Below are positions 33,069 to 42,470 of a stretch of DNA of 49,586 bases, piece by piece. The notes beneath the pieces are model-generated. The model worked only from the letters and a program-made list of their open reading frames with translations, did no database searches and was not told the DNA's origin. Each line of letters opens with the position of its first letter. Position 1 is the stretch's first letter. Position numbers and translations under genes: made by a program. The stretch is from a virus. The DNA lies in the UHGV virus genome UHGV-0212814. One strand, written 5' to 3'.

Positions 33069-34469
33069 TTATTTTAAGACTGAGATTCCACCCTTCCTTG
33101 CGCAGTTCTCAGCAATACCTGTCGTGGCATCCGGTGCATCATCATGCTTGTTCTGGCCCTCACGTTGGTACTTTATCATTGCATTATGGTACTCAAGCCA
33201 ACGGTTCTTCCAATCCTCCGGGAAATAGATATGCTGCATCACCCAGGCTGAGTTGGAATATATCCTGGCCTGCTTGTTCTGTGTCTGGGTAAACCACTTT
33301 ATCGTGGTATAGTTGCTGCCCAGCTCCTGCTCCAGGATACGGCGCACATTCCGAGCAAATCCACGCCCACCATTGTTGGACTCAATCCTTGCCAGATTGA
33401 CTCCTCCGGCCTGTAACATCTTAGCCGTGGCCGGTTCCGTGACCTCCATAGGCTCCTTGGTATACAGGACATCCAGTACATACGCTTCATTGGCGAACGT
33501 AACACCATAGTTGATGCTGCACAGGTAGTCCCCGCCGGTGTCAGCCGTATCCGTATAGTTGCGTATCTCCTTGAACTGAGGCAGTTCCCCGCTGTAGGTC
33601 TTGAAGCTGGTATATAGCCTGCCCTTCAGGTCAATCGGCTCCTGCTGGTAGTTGGCTGATGCAATGTCGGCGCCCATGGCCCGTATCTTGGCCTGGTAGG
33701 ATTTATAGGACAGAACCTCAGGGCATAGCATCTCATGTGTGTACGGATTCTGGAGTGCTTTCATGGAGATATGCCGCACCTTTGCCCCTGCCTCCTTGAA
33801 ATGCTCCAGCGCACGTCCTGCCAGGTCATCGCTGGCCCACCGGGTCATGATGATGATAATCTTCCCACCCTCTTCCAGACGGGACAGCATCGTATCCGTG
33901 AACCAGGTCCAGTGCTTCTCCTTGGTCAGCTCGTTGTTGGCCTCCTCGGCGTTCTTGATAAGGTCGTCAATGATAAGAAGAGACGCGCCAAAGCCTGTTG
34001 CTGTTCCGGTCGGGGATGTGGCCAGGTAGTTGTTGTATCCGCCCTCCAGGCTCCAGAGATTCATGGCGCCGTCACCGCGCTTGATGGATACACCCGGGAA
34101 TATGTCGGAGAACACAATCCGGTTCTCATCCGCCTTCTCCTCCTGGATGTCATTACGGACGTTCTTGGAGAACATGGTGGAAAGCGTCTCGTTGTAGGAG
34201 CCGGTCATGATTTTCTGCGTCTGGTCGTTGCCCAGTACCCATTCAACCAGCAGGCCAGCCGTGCGGCTTTTTCCGTGCCTGGGAGGTTCGTTGACAATCA
34301 TTACCTCATCGTCAGACTGTATGAAGTCCTGAAACTCGCTACAGAGGTCAACCAGATACTTTCTGTCCTCCTTATAGAAGTCCGGGGCTTTGAGACTGCA
34401 ATAAAAAAAGAACTCGCGCCGCGCAAGCTCCATCTTCGCACCCCTGATTATGGTTTCCCTATCCACCAT
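33069..34469 (-). CDS. terL: terminase large subunit
   Basis: 466 aa; ATPase N-half (PRHGKSRTAG Walker A-like) plus nuclease C-half; overlaps terS. Confidence 0.9.
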   Translation of the reverse strand: MVDRETIIRGAKMELARREFFFYCSLKAPDFYKEDRKYLVDLCSEFQDFIQSDDEVMIVNEPPRHGKSRTAGLLVEWVLGNDQTQKIMTGSYNETLSTMFSKNVRNDIQEEKADENRIVFSDIFPGVSIKRGDGAMNLWSLEGGYNNYLATSPTGTATGFGASLLIIDDLIKNAEEANNELTKEKHWTWFTDTMLSRLEEGGKIIIIMTRWASDDLAGRALEHFKEAGAKVRHISMKALQNPYTHEMLCPEVLSYKSYQAKIRAMGADIASANYQQEPIDLKGRLYTSFKTYSGELPQFKEIRNYTDTADTGGDYLCSINYGVTFANEAYVLDVLYTKEPMEVTEPATAKMLQAGGVNLARIESNNGGRGFARNVRRILEQELGSNYTTIKWFTQTQNKQARIYSNSAWVMQHIYFPEDWKNRWLEYHNAMIKYQREGQNKHDDAPDATTGIAENCARKGGISVLK

Positions 34470-35010
34470 GTATCAGCTTCTTCAGTTCCTCGGTGGTCAG
34501 GCCGACATAAGGGTTTGTGGTATCAATCTGGCCAGACAGCTCCAGTTTATCCTTGAACATGCCCAGATGGCGGCCCATCAGTTCGATTGCCCTTAATTTA
34601 TCAGTCAGCTTATACTTCTTTACATATCCCGCAAACTCCCTGTCCTCGCCAGCTCCTTCGAAATAATCCACCACTTCCAGCCCTGCAATACAGGCAGCCG
34701 TGTCATCATCAAGTATCGATATATCCACTGGTTTTCCATTACTGTCAAACAACTTCCTGATATCGAATAGGACCAGTTTCTCCAGTTCCTGTAGCACCCT
34801 GTCCTGGGTAATCTCGGTACGCTTTTCCCGCTCCTTCATGCGCTCTTGTATGTATTCTGCAACGTTAACATTGGTTAACAATCTGCTCCCTGCAGCTTTT
34901 GCCACCTCATCCTTCTTTACCTTCGGGTATGCCACCTTGTAGGCCCTGGTGGCATTCAGGTCTATCAGGTACTCATCCGCAAATATTTTCTGTTTTGGCG
35001 TTAATGCCAT
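34459..35010 (-). CDS. terS: terminase small subunit
   Basis: KQKIFADEYLIDLNATRAYKVAYP, typical of the Terminase_2 family; ATG with RBS AAGAAGGTG (the track ORF starts at a GTG at 35019). Confidence 0.8.
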   Translation of the reverse strand: MALTPKQKIFADEYLIDLNATRAYKVAYPKVKKDEVAKAAGSRLLTNVNVAEYIQERMKEREKRTEITQDRVLQELEKLVLFDIRKLFDSNGKPVDISILDDDTAACIAGLEVVDYFEGAGEDREFAGYVKKYKLTDKLRAIELMGRHLGMFKDKLELSGQIDTTNPYVGLTTEELKKLIHGG

Positions 35011-35093
35011 CAGGTTCACCTTCTTTCATGCAATAAAATAGCACCTACCAGTATCAGCAGATGCAACAAACTTATAAAATATCCATATTCCGC

Positions 35094-35122
35094 TTGACTC
35101 CCACGTTATAACGTGGTATAAT
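35094..35122 (+). promoter_or_regulatory. near-consensus promoter TTGACT-17-TATAAT with palindromic spacer CCACGTTATAACGTGG
   Basis: a perfect 16-bp palindrome occupies the spacer (operator-like). Confidence 0.55.
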
Positions 35123-35152
35123 TGTATTATCAAAAGGAAAGGAGGATAGCCG

Positions 35153-35266
35153 ATGGGTAAGAAACAAAAGAAAAATGAGAACTTGTTCAACCAAATAATC
35201 AAAGCCATGGTCGCCACCGCCGCTCTGATTACCGCAATCGCACAGTTGATACAAGCTCTCAAATAG
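35153..35266 (+). CDS. 37-aa basic/hydrophobic peptide (MGKKQKKNENLFNQIIKAMVATAALITAIAQLIQALK)
   Basis: RBS AAAGGAAAGGAGG; strong promoter; followed by hairpin GGGGAGA-gaaa-TCTCCCC; type I toxin-like architecture. Confidence 0.45.
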   Translation: MGKKQKKNENLFNQIIKAMVATAALITAIAQLIQALK

Positions 35267-35470
35267 GACACCGGGGAGAGAAATCTCCCCTCCTAATAAA
35301 ATCTTACCACATCAGCTAAATTTAATCAATGAAGTTTGATACAGTACTATTAATATTCACCCTTATTTACGCCCTCGGTACAGATTGGTCCATCCCGTCA
35401 TGCATTCTTGTGATATGCTGCTCCATTTATGTACTGTGCTGTACACTCCCCAGGATAAGGAGGTCATACC

Positions 35471-35662
35471 ATGAACTTAAAAAAGATAAGAAATAACCAT
35501 GGCTTAAGCATCCGTGCCCTGTCCGAATTGGCCAACGTACCACAACGGACAATCGAAGACATAGAGAGGTTTGACCGTTGCAAGGTAGATACTGCAATCA
35601 AACTGGCGGATGCCTTGGGCGTCACACTGGATGAACTCTGTAGGGATGAGGCGGCCGAATAG
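35471..35662 (+). CDS. XRE-family HTH regulator
   Basis: LSIRALSELANVPQRTIEDIER HTH_3 motif. Confidence 0.7.
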   Translation: MNLKKIRNNHGLSIRALSELANVPQRTIEDIERFDRCKVDTAIKLADALGVTLDELCRDEAAE

Positions 35663-35733
35663 GCTGCCTTTTGTTTGTTTTGGGGTATGTAAAAGAGCCG
35701 CCCGGAGGTGGCCCTTAATCTTATAGTATGTAA

Positions 35734-36060
35734 TTAACAACGACTGACAATATCATTTAACCACGAGATATGACTTTCAAGGCTTCGCTTCTTTGCCAAC
35801 AGCTCTGGATTTTGCTCTAACTCTCTAAAACTCTTTAAAGCATCATTTAGTTGCGCATAAGCTTCCTCAATTTTTGAATCGCGCTCAAACTCTTTTGACA
35901 ATTCCCACAACACTTCTTTTTGGGCAACATCTTCTCTTTTTTTATTAAAGAGGTCTTTTAAATCTTCGTACTCTTCTAGCTTCTTATTTCTCAAATTTAA
36001 ATATTCATTTTTTATGTCGCTCAAAAACTCTTGCCGATTAATATCTGTCCAGCTTTCCAT
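35734..36060 (-). CDS. hypothetical coiled-coil protein (low-GC cassette)
   Basis: 108 aa; about 38% GC against about 53% phage background. Confidence 0.5.
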   Translation of the reverse strand: MESWTDINRQEFLSDIKNEYLNLRNKKLEEYEDLKDLFNKKREDVAQKEVLWELSKEFERDSKIEEAYAQLNDALKSFRELEQNPELLAKKRSLESHISWLNDIVSRC

Positions 36061-36149
36061 GTAAATACCCCCACAATCTTTTTTCTATTATCATACACCA
36101 AAATCTGACATAAGAAAATCCCCTGCCAAATTTTTATCCGGCAACACAT

Positions 36150-36716
36150 TTAGAACCTCGGTAAATTCTCATTAATCTCTTTCACAGATTCTTCTGATAT
36201 TTCATTAGCACATACTTTCTCATTAACTTTTTTCTTCTCACTAAGCAACAGACTAATAATTATGCTAATAAATCTATAAGAATTACATGCAAAGTTAAAA
36301 ATAATCCCTATCCATAGAAAAATCACTATCTTTAATACTTCTTGTCCAAAATCGTCACTTAGATAAAGTAAAACTGACAACAAAATACCACTAAGCCCAG
36401 ACAATACCACACTTTTTATTTTACCTACGAATACATCCATATTAGCGTTTTCAATAAAATATTTGACCATGGTATCATTTTTAGCCGATATTAAAGAAGG
36501 GATTAAAAAACCAAATATGCTGATAATAATTGACATGCACGTTATCAATGCTGTAAGCATATCACTGAATAACGAATTTTTACATATTTGTAAAATCTGG
36601 ATTTTTTGTTTGACTTCGGCAAAAAGTAAAATGCTTATTATAGTCATTGGAATTATTAAAGCATAATGTGAATACCAAAAAGCATGAAAATCTCCTTTAC
36701 CCCCTATTTCATTCAT
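36150..36716 (-). CDS. 4-TM membrane protein (low-GC cassette)
   Basis: 188 aa; four hydrophobic helices plus a cytoplasmic C-tail; follows the 302-aa gene by 6 nt. Confidence 0.6.
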   Translation of the reverse strand: MNEIGGKGDFHAFWYSHYALIIPMTIISILLFAEVKQKIQILQICKNSLFSDMLTALITCMSIIISIFGFLIPSLISAKNDTMVKYFIENANMDVFVGKIKSVVLSGLSGILLSVLLYLSDDFGQEVLKIVIFLWIGIIFNFACNSYRFISIIISLLLSEKKKVNEKVCANEISEESVKEINENLPRF

Positions 36717-36722
36717 TTAACC

Positions 36723-37631
36723 TCACCCTTTTTTTAATAAATTAGCTATTTGTGCCCTTGAGCCTCCTTCACTATATTTTTTAGACATCTCTTTAGAAAG
36801 CGTATAGAAGGACAACTCCCCTCTTGGCGGAACCTTATAATTAATCTTATCATTTAAGATATTTTGTAATAAATCAAATACCTCCGACTTTTGATCATCA
36901 CTCAATGTTATTCGGGCAGAAGAAATTAATTCTCGGTTATCTCCACTCCTTATTTCCCGAACTATTCCTTGCATCGTTTCAGCCTCCAACTCATCATGAT
37001 GACCATAATTATATCCCAAGCCAAATTCAAGATGTGCCGTCTTGCATTCCACCTGATTACATAATTTAATAATATCCTCAAACGTTTTGCTATTCTTAGA
37101 TACTAAACTGCGGGTATTAGCAAAACGAACATCCAGTTTCAAAAATTGTTTTTTTAACAAATCAACATTGTCATAGTCATAGTCAATTGGCCTGAAATAG
37201 CATAGATTACCATCCCCAATAAAACTATTCACATAGCTTTGTAAAGCAAATGTTCCATAACTACCTCGATTGCATTGAACCATTGCAACATGATATCTTG
37301 GATCATACAATACAACTGTATTCTTCCCAATATACTCATTTTCTCCAAGATCCACATGGCGAGCCATTGTGTCTGGAGCCAATACATATGTATTACTTAC
37401 AACATCTAAACGCATAAAATTCAATACATAAAACTCATCATTATGCACTAAAGCAATATTTTCAAGGCGCCCACTAATTCCATCAATATCTTTTATACGA
37501 TCTTGCAACGAAAGTGATTTTAGCCTCCCTATCCATTCACGTAAATCATAAGTATATTCCGTTGTTTCATCTCCTATAATTGTACACAGCTGATAATACT
37601 GATACTTAATAGTGACTCTTTTTCCATCCAT
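36723..37631 (-). CDS. 302-aa cytoplasmic protein (low-GC cassette; candidate defence sensor/effector)
   Basis: about 33% GC; own extended -10 promoter TGTGATATAAT (37661-37673) and RBS GGGGAGA. Confidence 0.6.
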   Translation of the reverse strand: MDGKRVTIKYQYYQLCTIIGDETTEYTYDLREWIGRLKSLSLQDRIKDIDGISGRLENIALVHNDEFYVLNFMRLDVVSNTYVLAPDTMARHVDLGENEYIGKNTVVLYDPRYHVAMVQCNRGSYGTFALQSYVNSFIGDGNLCYFRPIDYDYDNVDLLKKQFLKLDVRFANTRSLVSKNSKTFEDIIKLCNQVECKTAHLEFGLGYNYGHHDELEAETMQGIVREIRSGDNRELISSARITLSDDQKSEVFDLLQNILNDKINYKVPPRGELSFYTLSKEMSKKYSEGGSRAQIANLLKKG

Positions 37632-37799
37632 ATCGTTCTCCCCAATTCGACGTTTTTCTTACATTATATCACACGCCGAATGGAAAGAATATACAAATAT
37701 CCCCCTCCCAATTCCACAAATCTTACAAAAACATACCCATATCTTCTCTTCGTAACCAAAGTATAGAACATATGTTCTGTCGAGTCAAGGGTCAAATAA

Positions 37800-37832
37800 T
37801 AAAAAGGACATCTTATTTCTAGGATGTCCTAA
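37800..37832 (-). terminator. intrinsic terminator AGGACATC-N10-GATGTCCT plus TTTTTATTATTT
   Basis: 8-bp stem followed by a T-run on the minus strand. Confidence 0.55.
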
Positions 37833-38040
37833 TCGTATCTGGAAAACGTCATGGGGGATGAAACCAGATACCTCACCGCTCGCGTACCCTGCGGCATTGC
37901 CCCGTTAAAGTACAGGTCTATCTTATGAGGGATTACACATAACCGGTTAGTCAGCCACCAGGGTATGACACCTGGCGGCCGTTATCAATGGGGAGGATAA
38001 CAAAATTGAAGGCTTTTCCGCTTCATCCAATTTTGCATAT
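37833..38040 (-). ncRNA. candidate about 200-nt non-coding transcript
   Basis: TTGTCA-17-TATAAT promoter at 38045-38073 and the terminator at 37800-37832 bracket a GC-rich, structured, ORF-free segment. Confidence 0.3.
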
Positions 38041-38105
38041 TACAATTATAAATCGTCCAAGCGGACATGACAAGGACATGATTTTGACACGCTCCTGTCA
38101 AGCCC

Positions 38106-38606
38106 CTAATCCAACATGAGGGCATCCGCCCCAAAGAGATATACGCTGAGTATTCCCGTAAGCTCTGTTATCCACCGTCTGGCCGTCCGTTCCCCATATC
38201 CATAAATCTCTGCAATACTCTCATATGTCATCCCATCCAGATAGAAATACTTGAATGCCAGATACTTCTCATGCGTATTCTTTCGGCACTCCTCGTCCTC
38301 CAGGAGTTGCAGGCACTTGTCTATGTGTCCTATCATGACAATACTCCGGAGCTTACTCTTGAGGATGCTGTTAATAAAGATATCTTCCTCCGTGAACTCC
38401 TCCAGTTCATCGCCATTATCCATGTCGGACAGTTCTGCCACCCCCTCCTCCACGCTCTGACAAATGCGGTTATAATTCTCCATCAGCTTCTTGGTGTTCT
38501 GGAATACCTTTATTCTCTTTTCCCTCCGGAGCTGCTTCTCATGCTCCTTAAGGGCTTCCTTCGCGGCCAGCCTGGCCACCTCCTCCAACGCTTCTGCCTG
38601 TTTCAT
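38106..38606 (-). CDS. sigma-70 region-4-like / ArpU-type late-gene regulator
   Basis: C-terminal HTH YESIAEIYGYGERTARRWITELTGIL; start MKQAEAL with RBS GGAGGAGGTG; the track ORF extends to 38690. Confidence 0.5.
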   Translation of the reverse strand: MKQAEALEEVARLAAKEALKEHEKQLRREKRIKVFQNTKKLMENYNRICQSVEEGVAELSDMDNGDELEEFTEEDIFINSILKSKLRSIVMIGHIDKCLQLLEDEECRKNTHEKYLAFKYFYLDGMTYESIAEIYGYGERTARRWITELTGILSVYLFGADALMLD

Positions 38607-38723
38607 CGGCATCACCTCCTCCCACATCCAGGTACGGACACGCCCAACACCCGTACCGTATCCTGCCCTTATTGTTGCGCTGTCCATCACAGCTGTGGTG
38701 CCCGTTGTCTATGTAGCACTGTC

Positions 38724-38924
38724 TCATAGTACCGTATCACCCCTCATCGGCGGTCTGCGCAGTTCCGGGTCCGGGCACAGGCTGGTGTATGCATAGGCCG
38801 GCATCCTGACAGGCCACGTGTCCGGCGGCGGTTCCCGGATGGCTGATTCAGCCGATGCCGCCACGGCCGATGCCCGCAAGACCTTGTTGGCCTTGGCCTG
38901 CTTACTATCTGCTTTCTTTCTCAT
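38724..38924 (-). CDS. hypothetical basic protein
   Basis: 66 aa; RBS GAAGGAGG 6 nt upstream. Confidence 0.45.
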   Translation of the reverse strand: MRKKADSKQAKANKVLRASAVAASAESAIREPPPDTWPVRMPAYAYTSLCPDPELRRPPMRGDTVL

Positions 38925-39186
38925 CCGACGCCTCCTTCATATCGAAAATATCAGTTTAAGGGAACAACTTTCCCATTTACAAATCGAAACACTGATGCAT
39001 CCGCATCGGTGAATCCTCTTACCACATCTTTTTTTATCGGTACAGCTTGCCATTCATACTGTAGATACGCTCCCCATGCAGCACGCCTTATAGACAATTA
39101 CAAATGTCATATTCAAAATGACATATGACACCTAACTTATTAATACATAAAATGATACAATATAGATAAATTCAGGAGGTGAAAAT

Positions 39187-39588
39187 ATGAAATGGTATTT
39201 ATTATCACATCTTCTAAACCTTTATGTTTTACCCGTAACGGGTTATATGATTTTAAAATATATCTTTGTAGATGCCGATATTTTTGCTTATGAGGAGGCG
39301 CTGTTTTTTGGTTATATTCCATTAGGTTGCTTCTTGATTTCTTTTGTTTATGGTCTACGCAAAAGGAAATCTCCTTTTTCTTATTGTTTTGTATGTTCGT
39401 TTTTATGTATTCCCTTGGCGATTCTTGATAGTACCGCAAAAGATGGGCTTTTTAACTACATATCAGTAATATCATTTCTGTATTATACATATTTTTTAAT
39501 AGCATTCATGGGTAACATCACGGCTCTTGCCATCTATTCGGGCTGTGCTGCTATCAAAAAAATTTGGAATATAATCACAAAACGCTAA
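39187..39588 (+). CDS. AT-rich 4-TM membrane protein (moron)
   Basis: RBS AGGAGGTG; extended -10 TGATACAAT upstream; opposite strand to the surrounding genes; about 33% GC. Confidence 0.55.
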   Translation: MKWYLLSHLLNLYVLPVTGYMILKYIFVDADIFAYEEALFFGYIPLGCFLISFVYGLRKRKSPFSYCFVCSFLCIPLAILDSTAKDGLFNYISVISFLYYTYFLIAFMGNITALAIYSGCAAIKKIWNIITKR

Positions 39589-40712
39589 TTTTGAGAAATA
39601 AACCCGCCTGTAAAAAAATCTATCTGCCCAGGCAAGTCTACTCCATCCGGTACATTCTCCCACTCAACGCCGATGTAATCCAGCACCCGGCCCCAACCGA
39701 ATTTCTCTCCAGTCTCTGGGTCCGTACAACAGCGGTACATCCAAAACTCCCATTCTTTCTGATTCCTGACTCGCAACTGGTCAAACCGATGTGGTCGCGT
39801 CTCCATGTGTACGCCAAATCCGCACATGCTGCACCCGGTCCGCTGCGCCCCTGTGGTGTACAGGGTTCCATCTGGCCTGCGCTCGATGGTGCCGTATATC
39901 TCCGGTACCGGTGCCTCCAGGTCAAGAGCCAGCTGCAAGATATCCTGGCGCAGGAATGGCGCAAATGGCGCACTACGGATAACCCCCTTGCCGAAATAGT
40001 TACAACCGTGTTCTGTCAACGCTTCCTCCCGCTGCCCCCCTTCTGACGCCATCAGCCCCAGGTAGGGCCGGCTCTTGTGTTCTTTTGCCCACTTGTCGCA
40101 AGGCTGTTCTTTCATGTATAAGCAACACTTGTTACTGACCTTGAAAGGTGCAATCCTATAATTCACACCTTCATTCTCATTTTCATATCCCGCGAATAGT
40201 TCCAGCCATTTCTGTGGTAATTTCATGCGACTGTTCTTGGCATAATGCCCCTGGACACCACACTCGCCAGTAATGATGGCATGACGTACAGTCTTATTTT
40301 TCTCAGTTGGGCGTTGCAGTGTATCAATCCTACCTGCAACCTTTTTTGAGATGACCGGGAATCCATACTCCTGTAAAATCTGTATCTTGGGTTTTCCCGG
40401 GGCTATCGGTATCACTCCTAGTTCCCGATGTATCCGCTGGATGCTCTTATCCTCCAGTGCTGATACCGATATGGCCGGAACGTCTATGCCAATCTTCCGC
40501 AGAAACAGCAACAGCACAATACTGTCCAGCCCACCAACGCTCACATGGGCGTTCAGTTCCATGTCGTCCAGTTTCTCTATGTACTCCCTAGCCCGTAATT
40601 CTGCCTGCTTTATCTTCACCTCATAGGGCAAGGCCTGCATGGCTACCATCTGGGCTTTCTTCTTTTTTTTCTCTTCTTTCCACTCTTCTGTGGTTAATTC
40701 TGTCTTTTCCAT
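39585..40712 (-). CDS. PAPS-reductase-family (PP-loop) protein
   Basis: SVGGLDS PP-loop motif (SGGxDS); 375 aa; common phage replication-region accessory. Confidence 0.7.
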   Translation of the reverse strand: MEKTELTTEEWKEEKKKKKAQMVAMQALPYEVKIKQAELRAREYIEKLDDMELNAHVSVGGLDSIVLLLFLRKIGIDVPAISVSALEDKSIQRIHRELGVIPIAPGKPKIQILQEYGFPVISKKVAGRIDTLQRPTEKNKTVRHAIITGECGVQGHYAKNSRMKLPQKWLELFAGYENENEGVNYRIAPFKVSNKCCLYMKEQPCDKWAKEHKSRPYLGLMASEGGQREEALTEHGCNYFGKGVIRSAPFAPFLRQDILQLALDLEAPVPEIYGTIERRPDGTLYTTGAQRTGCSMCGFGVHMETRPHRFDQLRVRNQKEWEFWMYRCCTDPETGEKFGWGRVLDYIGVEWENVPDGVDLPGQIDFFTGGFISQN

Positions 40713-40997
40713 GATTGGTTGGAGTAAATCCGGATTTATTGCGGCCGCAAACCTCTTTACTCCCTTCTAAATTTTATTTACAACTTCCGTAGCAAAATCT
40801 TTATTCCTTTTCTCGATACCCTCATCTCTTAAATTACGATTTTAGTGTCCCAAATACATAACTGTCACTGCCCAGAACCCTACTGCACAGCCCGCTCCAA
40901 TCCACACTCCGATAAATATACAGGTGGCCATGTCCTCAATGTATTTCTTAATCTTCTCTTTCATTGCATTCTCCTTATAATGATTTACGGTAACAAT

Positions 40998-41480
40998 TTA
41001 CAGAAAGCTCAACTGCCCTTCTAGTTCCTTTGGCTTTGCCTTCTCCTTAACAGGTCCTGAAGGATTCCGTGCTTCCTCCTTCTTCCGCTCCTCATTCGCA
41101 TTCTTCCTGGCGAGAAGTACCAGGGCCTCCTCACCCACATCATCATCTGATTGTCTGGCACGGCGCTTCTGGCATTTCTCGATGGCCTTATACCGGTCGT
41201 ATCCCATCTGCTGTTCCAGGGATTTCTGGATTTTCCTGCAGCGGTTAGCCTGGTATTCGTAGGTCATGGACTGGAATGCATTCAGCCTTTCCGGATACAT
41301 CATGCGGTAGTCATCCAATAACCCGGCGTAATCAGCCATTGCATTTATGATGATGATGATGTCACCATAGCATGAATGGATTTCCTTAAGTTCCCCATCC
41401 AGTTCCAGGTAACGGATAGGGACCATGTTCTGTTCGTCCTCATTAATCTCTGACGTCATACTGACCGTATCACATATCAT
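40998..41480 (-). CDS. hypothetical protein
   Basis: 160 aa with a basic/acidic C-terminal tail. Confidence 0.45.
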   Translation of the reverse strand: MICDTVSMTSEINEDEQNMVPIRYLELDGELKEIHSCYGDIIIIINAMADYAGLLDDYRMMYPERLNAFQSMTYEYQANRCRKIQKSLEQQMGYDRYKAIEKCQKRRARQSDDDVGEEALVLLARKNANEERKKEEARNPSGPVKEKAKPKELEGQLSFL

Positions 41481-41722
41481 TTTCCAATCCTCCTCTTACT
41501 CCTGGCTTCCAGCTGGTCCATCAGGTCCTGGAGCATGTGCAGTACCAGCGGGCAGGACCGGTACCTCTCCCGCAGCATCTTCTCCCGCTTCACCACATCC
41601 TCCCATTCTGGGGACTGCCAGTCCGGAGGGTTCTTATACTGGCGCCAGAACCCGCTATAGACATCGTTGTATATCCCCTTAACGTCCTGATCACTCAGGA
41701 TTACCACATCATCCAGGGTCAT
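41477..41722 (-). CDS. hypothetical protein
   Basis: 81 aa; 4-nt overlaps with both neighbours. Confidence 0.45.
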   Translation of the reverse strand: MTLDDVVILSDQDVKGIYNDVYSGFWRQYKNPPDWQSPEWEDVVKREKMLRERYRSCPLVLHMLQDLMDQLEARSKRRIGK

Positions 41723-42114
41723 AGGCTTTCCACCCTCACATAGATTCCGGGCTGCTTTGCCCAGTACTTGCAGATTACCTCACTGGCCACCTGCGCATCA
41801 TCCTTCCAGAACCCAAGGTCCGTCATGACATCCTTAATCATCTTGACCAGGTTGTCCGTATCTGGCTTACTGGTCTTATACTCACCGTCCCGATGGCCGC
41901 CCTGGAGTGGGAAGCACCACCAGGTTGTCAGCCGGAGTGCGCCCTGGGCCGGTTCCTCAGGTACGTGCCTGGACATGTGCGCCCTCAGCTTCGCCCTGGC
42001 CACCTTCAGCTCTGCCGGCTCATAGAATACCGGCTTTCCCTTCACCACATGCACCTGCTTCTCTTGGTGGGTGCAGGTGGGAGGTTCCATTGCCATGAAA
42101 AAATCAATCATCAT
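41719..42114 (-). CDS. rusA: RusA-family Holliday junction resolvase
   Basis: 131 aa; KPDTDNLVKMIKD (DxDN catalytic motif). Confidence 0.7.
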   Translation of the reverse strand: MMIDFFMAMEPPTCTHQEKQVHVVKGKPVFYEPAELKVARAKLRAHMSRHVPEEPAQGALRLTTWWCFPLQGGHRDGEYKTSKPDTDNLVKMIKDVMTDLGFWKDDAQVASEVICKYWAKQPGIYVRVESL

Positions 42115-42299
42115 CGCTTCACCTCTTTAAAGTAATACATCAAACTTTATTTTGAAAATCTCTTTTGTCAAAGGACAGGGGAAGGAAGGACGGCGGGCAG
42201 CGCTTAAGCCCGCCTTTCTTTCCCCCTTTGACCGTCAGGGAAAATGTATATATTACCCCCTTTAGGGGGTACCATTTTCCTTCCCTCGGAAAAACCCGG

Positions 42300-42470
42300 T
42301 ATTTTATCGACTTTTTCCCTCATAGGGAAATTCTCGGTAATTTTCGGGTTTTTCACTTTAAAAGGGAAAGGGAAATTTATCGAAGTTTTCCTTGTAAGGG
42401 AAATTGTTTCCCTTCGATTTTTTCCTTCACAGGGATATGACTTCCCTCCGTGTTTTTCCTTCTACTTTTT
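42300..42470. repeat. iteron array: 4-5 copies of about 34-nt AGGGAAAtT...CGA(A/T)NTTTTCCTT
   Basis: tandem units at about 42325, 42363, 42397 and 42431; flanked by hairpin GGCGGGC-N9-GCCCGCC (42192-42214) and palindrome TACCCCCTTTAGGGGGTA (42253-42270); adjacent to the primase gene. Confidence 0.6.

Noticed and set aside
35026-35271. 81-aa and 60-aa minus-strand ORFs
   Set aside because: They are antisense to the strongly signalled 37-aa peptide gene and its promoter. They lack an RBS and have implausible composition.
37840-38040. Possible tRNA or riboswitch in the GC-rich spacer
   Set aside because: No tRNA cloverleaf or recognisable riboswitch core could be found by eye. It is kept only as a low-confidence generic ncRNA candidate.
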